A stretch of 64,000 bases of DNA from an uncultured Thermoplasmata archaeon (lineage in GTDB: Archaea > Thermoplasmatota > Thermoplasmata > UBA10834), in contig CAVRDX010000001.1 of assembly GCA_963719945.1 (NCBI GenBank), forward strand, positions 224,001-288,000, given 5' to 3'. The notes beneath the pieces were generated by a model. It had not been told where the DNA came from, made no database searches, and saw only the letters and a program-made list of their open reading frames with translations. This document shows, piece by piece, positions 61,734 through 64,000 of this stretch. The position numbers and the translations under genes are program-made. Numbering within the stretch: position 1 is the stretch's first letter; each line of letters begins with the position of its first letter.

Positions 61734-64000
61734 ATGGCCCAGTACGATTGGCGAGAGTGCGAGCCCAAGTGGCAGTCGAAGTGGAAGGAATGGCAGGTCT
61801 ACAGATTCGACCCCGCCTCTGAAAAAGAAGTATTCAGCATAGACAATCCTCCTCGATATGCCTCTGGCGCGATCCATTTGGGGCACGCTTACGGATATAC
61901 AGTCATCGACTTCGCCGCGAGATACAAGCGGCTGAAGGGCTACAATGTATTCTTCCCGCTCTGTTTCGATGTCAATGGCACACCAGTTGAGGTGAGAGTG
62001 GAGAAGGTCAAAGGAATCAAGGCATCGGATGTTCCCCGGAAGGAATTCGTAAAGATGTGCAGCGAATTCGCAGAGAAGTACATTGGCGAGATGATCAGCC
62101 AGTTCGAGGTCCTAGGGGAGAGCATGGATCCGTCGATCTACTACCAGACCGATGCCGAGTACTACCGCCGTCTCACACAGATATCATTCATACGCATGTT
62201 CAAGAAAGGACTCGTGTACAAAGGTCATTTCCCTGTGAACTGGTGCACTCGATGCGGAACCGCCCTCGCGGACGCAGAGGTCGATTACGAGCACAGAACC
62301 ACCAAGTTGAACTATATCAAATTCCACGAGGTGGAGTCCGGCCAAGAAGTGATGATCGCGACGACTCGGCCCGAACTGCTCTGCACTTGTCTTCTGGTCG
62401 CCGTGCACCCGGAAGACAAGTCCAAATCCCATCTCATAGGGAAGGAGCTGGCCACACCGGTCTACGACCGACGAGTAAAGGTCATTGCTGACCCGAAGGT
62501 CGACCCAGAGTTTGGGACTGGGACTGTCATGATCTGTTCTATCGGTGACAAGGACGACTTGGAGTGGATCATGAAATACAGCCTTCCATTGGAGAAGGGT
62601 ATCAGCGAGGATGGCCTGATGACATCGCTCGCTGGAAAATACGAAGGAATGCCCGTTGCAGATGCCCGGAAGGCAGTCATTGAAGAACTCCGATCGCAAG
62701 GGTTATTGACGAAGCAGGAGCCACTCGATCAGAATGTGGGCATGTGCTGGAGATGCAGCACGCCGATCGAATTCCTGAAGGTCCCCCAATGGTTCATAAA
62801 GACTGTCCAATACAAAGATGAAGTTCTGAAGATGGTCGATGAGATCGTCTGGAAACCTGATTTCATGAAGATCAGGATCAAAGACTGGATCAATTCACTC
62901 GCCTGGGATTGGGTGGTTTCCCGCCAGAGGTACTTCGCCACTGCCATCCCTCTCTGGGAATGCGATAAGTGCGGCGAGGTGATCCTTCCTGAGGAGGACC
63001 ATTGCTATGTAGACCCGACAGTCGACAACCCATCGGTCGACAAGTGCCCGAAATGTGGTGGCGAGCTCGTCGGTTCGAAGGACGTCTTCGATACCTGGAT
63101 GGATTCAAGTATCTCGCCTCTATACAACACATTCTGGCAGAGGGATGCGAAGATGTTCGAGAAGTTATATCCGATGAGTCTTCGCGCACAGAGCCATGAC
63201 ATCATCCGCACATGGGCCTACTACACGATACTCCGCGAGCTGCATCTCCTGAACCAGAAGCCCTGGAACGAGGTCATGATCCATGGTTTCATAATGGCCC
63301 CGGACGGGAGACCGATGCATACGTCCGCAGGGAATGTAATCGATCCGATGCCCTTGCTTGCAAAATACGGCGGGGACGCGATGAGATACTATGCTTCCAC
63401 CTGCAGTCTTGGAATGGATCATTCCTTCAAGGAGCAGGAACTCGTCCGCGGGAACCGACTCTCTGTCAAGACCTGGAATATCATGAGGTTGGTCGGCGCA
63501 GCCTGTAAGGGTCGCCCAGCCAAACCCGAGAAGATGCATGCCATCGACAGATGGATATTGAGCAGATTCGGGGAGCTAGTCGGAAAAGTGGAGTCACACA
63601 ATGAGCAATACCAATTCGACCGTTCCACTGCACTCCTGGAGGACTTCCTCTGGCATGAGTTCGCCGATCATTATATCGAACTCGTCAAACACAGGGTCTA
63701 CTCCGACGATGACGAGGGTGCCAGATATGCGCTCTACACGGTCGGTCTCGGCCTGCTCAAGATGATGTCCATCATATTGCCTCATATGGCGGAGGACGCC
63801 TATCAGGTCAATTTCAGGGAATTCGAGGAACCCGTGAGCATACACGTTTCCGCTTGGCCTGAGAAACTCGATAAGGACGAGGCCCACGAGGTCATGGGCG
63901 AATCGGTGAAGGATATAGTGTCTTCGATCCGTGCCTGGAAGGCGGCCAATGGAATGTCACTGAATTCCGAACTGTCGCGTGTCGAGATCGTCGGCCCAGA
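61734..64000 (+). CDS. valS: Valine--tRNA ligase (3' end outside window)
   Basis: Not in the ORF track because it has no stop. MAQYDW..EPKWQ, DNPPRYASGAIHLGH, WDWVVSRQR, DVFDTWMDS and GRPMHTS. Confidence 0.96.
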   Translation, partial: MAQYDWRECEPKWQSKWKEWQVYRFDPASEKEVFSIDNPPRYASGAIHLGHAYGYTVIDFAARYKRLKGYNVFFPLCFDVNGTPVEVRVEKVKGIKASDVPRKEFVKMCSEFAEKYIGEMISQFEVLGESMDPSIYYQTDAEYYRRLTQISFIRMFKKGLVYKGHFPVNWCTRCGTALADAEVDYEHRTTKLNYIKFHEVESGQEVMIATTRPELLCTCLLVAVHPEDKSKSHLIGKELATPVYDRRVKVIADPKVDPEFGTGTVMICSIGDKDDLEWIMKYSLPLEKGISEDGLMTSLAGKYEGMPVADARKAVIEELRSQGLLTKQEPLDQNVGMCWRCSTPIEFLKVPQWFIKTVQYKDEVLKMVDEIVWKPDFMKIRIKDWINSLAWDWVVSRQRYFATAIPLWECDKCGEVILPEEDHCYVDPTVDNPSVDKCPKCGGELVGSKDVFDTWMDSSISPLYNTFWQRDAKMFEKLYPMSLRAQSHDIIRTWAYYTILRELHLLNQKPWNEVMIHGFIMAPDGRPMHTSAGNVIDPMPLLAKYGGDAMRYYASTCSLGMDHSFKEQELVRGNRLSVKTWNIMRLVGAACKGRPAKPEKMHAIDRWILSRFGELVGKVESHNEQYQFDRSTALLEDFLWHEFADHYIELVKHRVYSDDDEGARYALYTVGLGLLKMMSIILPHMAEDAYQVNFREFEEPVSIHVSAWPEKLDKDEAHEVMGESVKDIVSSIRAWKAANGMSLNSELSRVEIVGP

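Overview
Gene-dense archaeal chromosomal segment, most consistent with Thermoplasmatota. The evidence is archaeal-type AsnA, ThiDN and GlyRS, a ValRS with PMHTS in place of KMSKS, three DUF835 proteins, and TATA boxes about 25-30 nt upstream of apparently leaderless starts. In order, the window holds: an aspartate-family amino-acid cluster (ilvD, lysC, hom, thrC, thrB, asnA, Lrp); a pyrrolysine-free corrinoid methyl-transfer module (two MttB-family proteins, a corrinoid protein and a pterin-type methyltransferase); a peptide ABC transporter whose OppC is fused to two PKD domains; a 1846-aa doubly anchored surface protein with a duplicated unrecognised domain and six Ig-like repeats; a signalling neighbourhood (PAS-GAF-GAF histidine kinase, a small tandem Cys4-repeat protein, DUF835 proteins); a candidate structured small RNA with C-rich anti-Shine-Dalgarno-like loops; two peptidoglycan-type hydrolases; a coupled PolX/NAD-dependent ligase pair; a long coiled-coil protein; CopA; a SAMP/MoaD protein; lipid-modifying genes; a LUD-FeS-CCG oxidoreductase; a ferredoxin; amidohydrolase-UspA-CBS-glyS; an orphan DNA methyltransferase; a second histidine kinase; a SWIM protein; and a partial valS. 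I saw no tRNA, rRNA, CRISPR array or mobile element. All family calls come from motif recognition by eye; no database searches were run.
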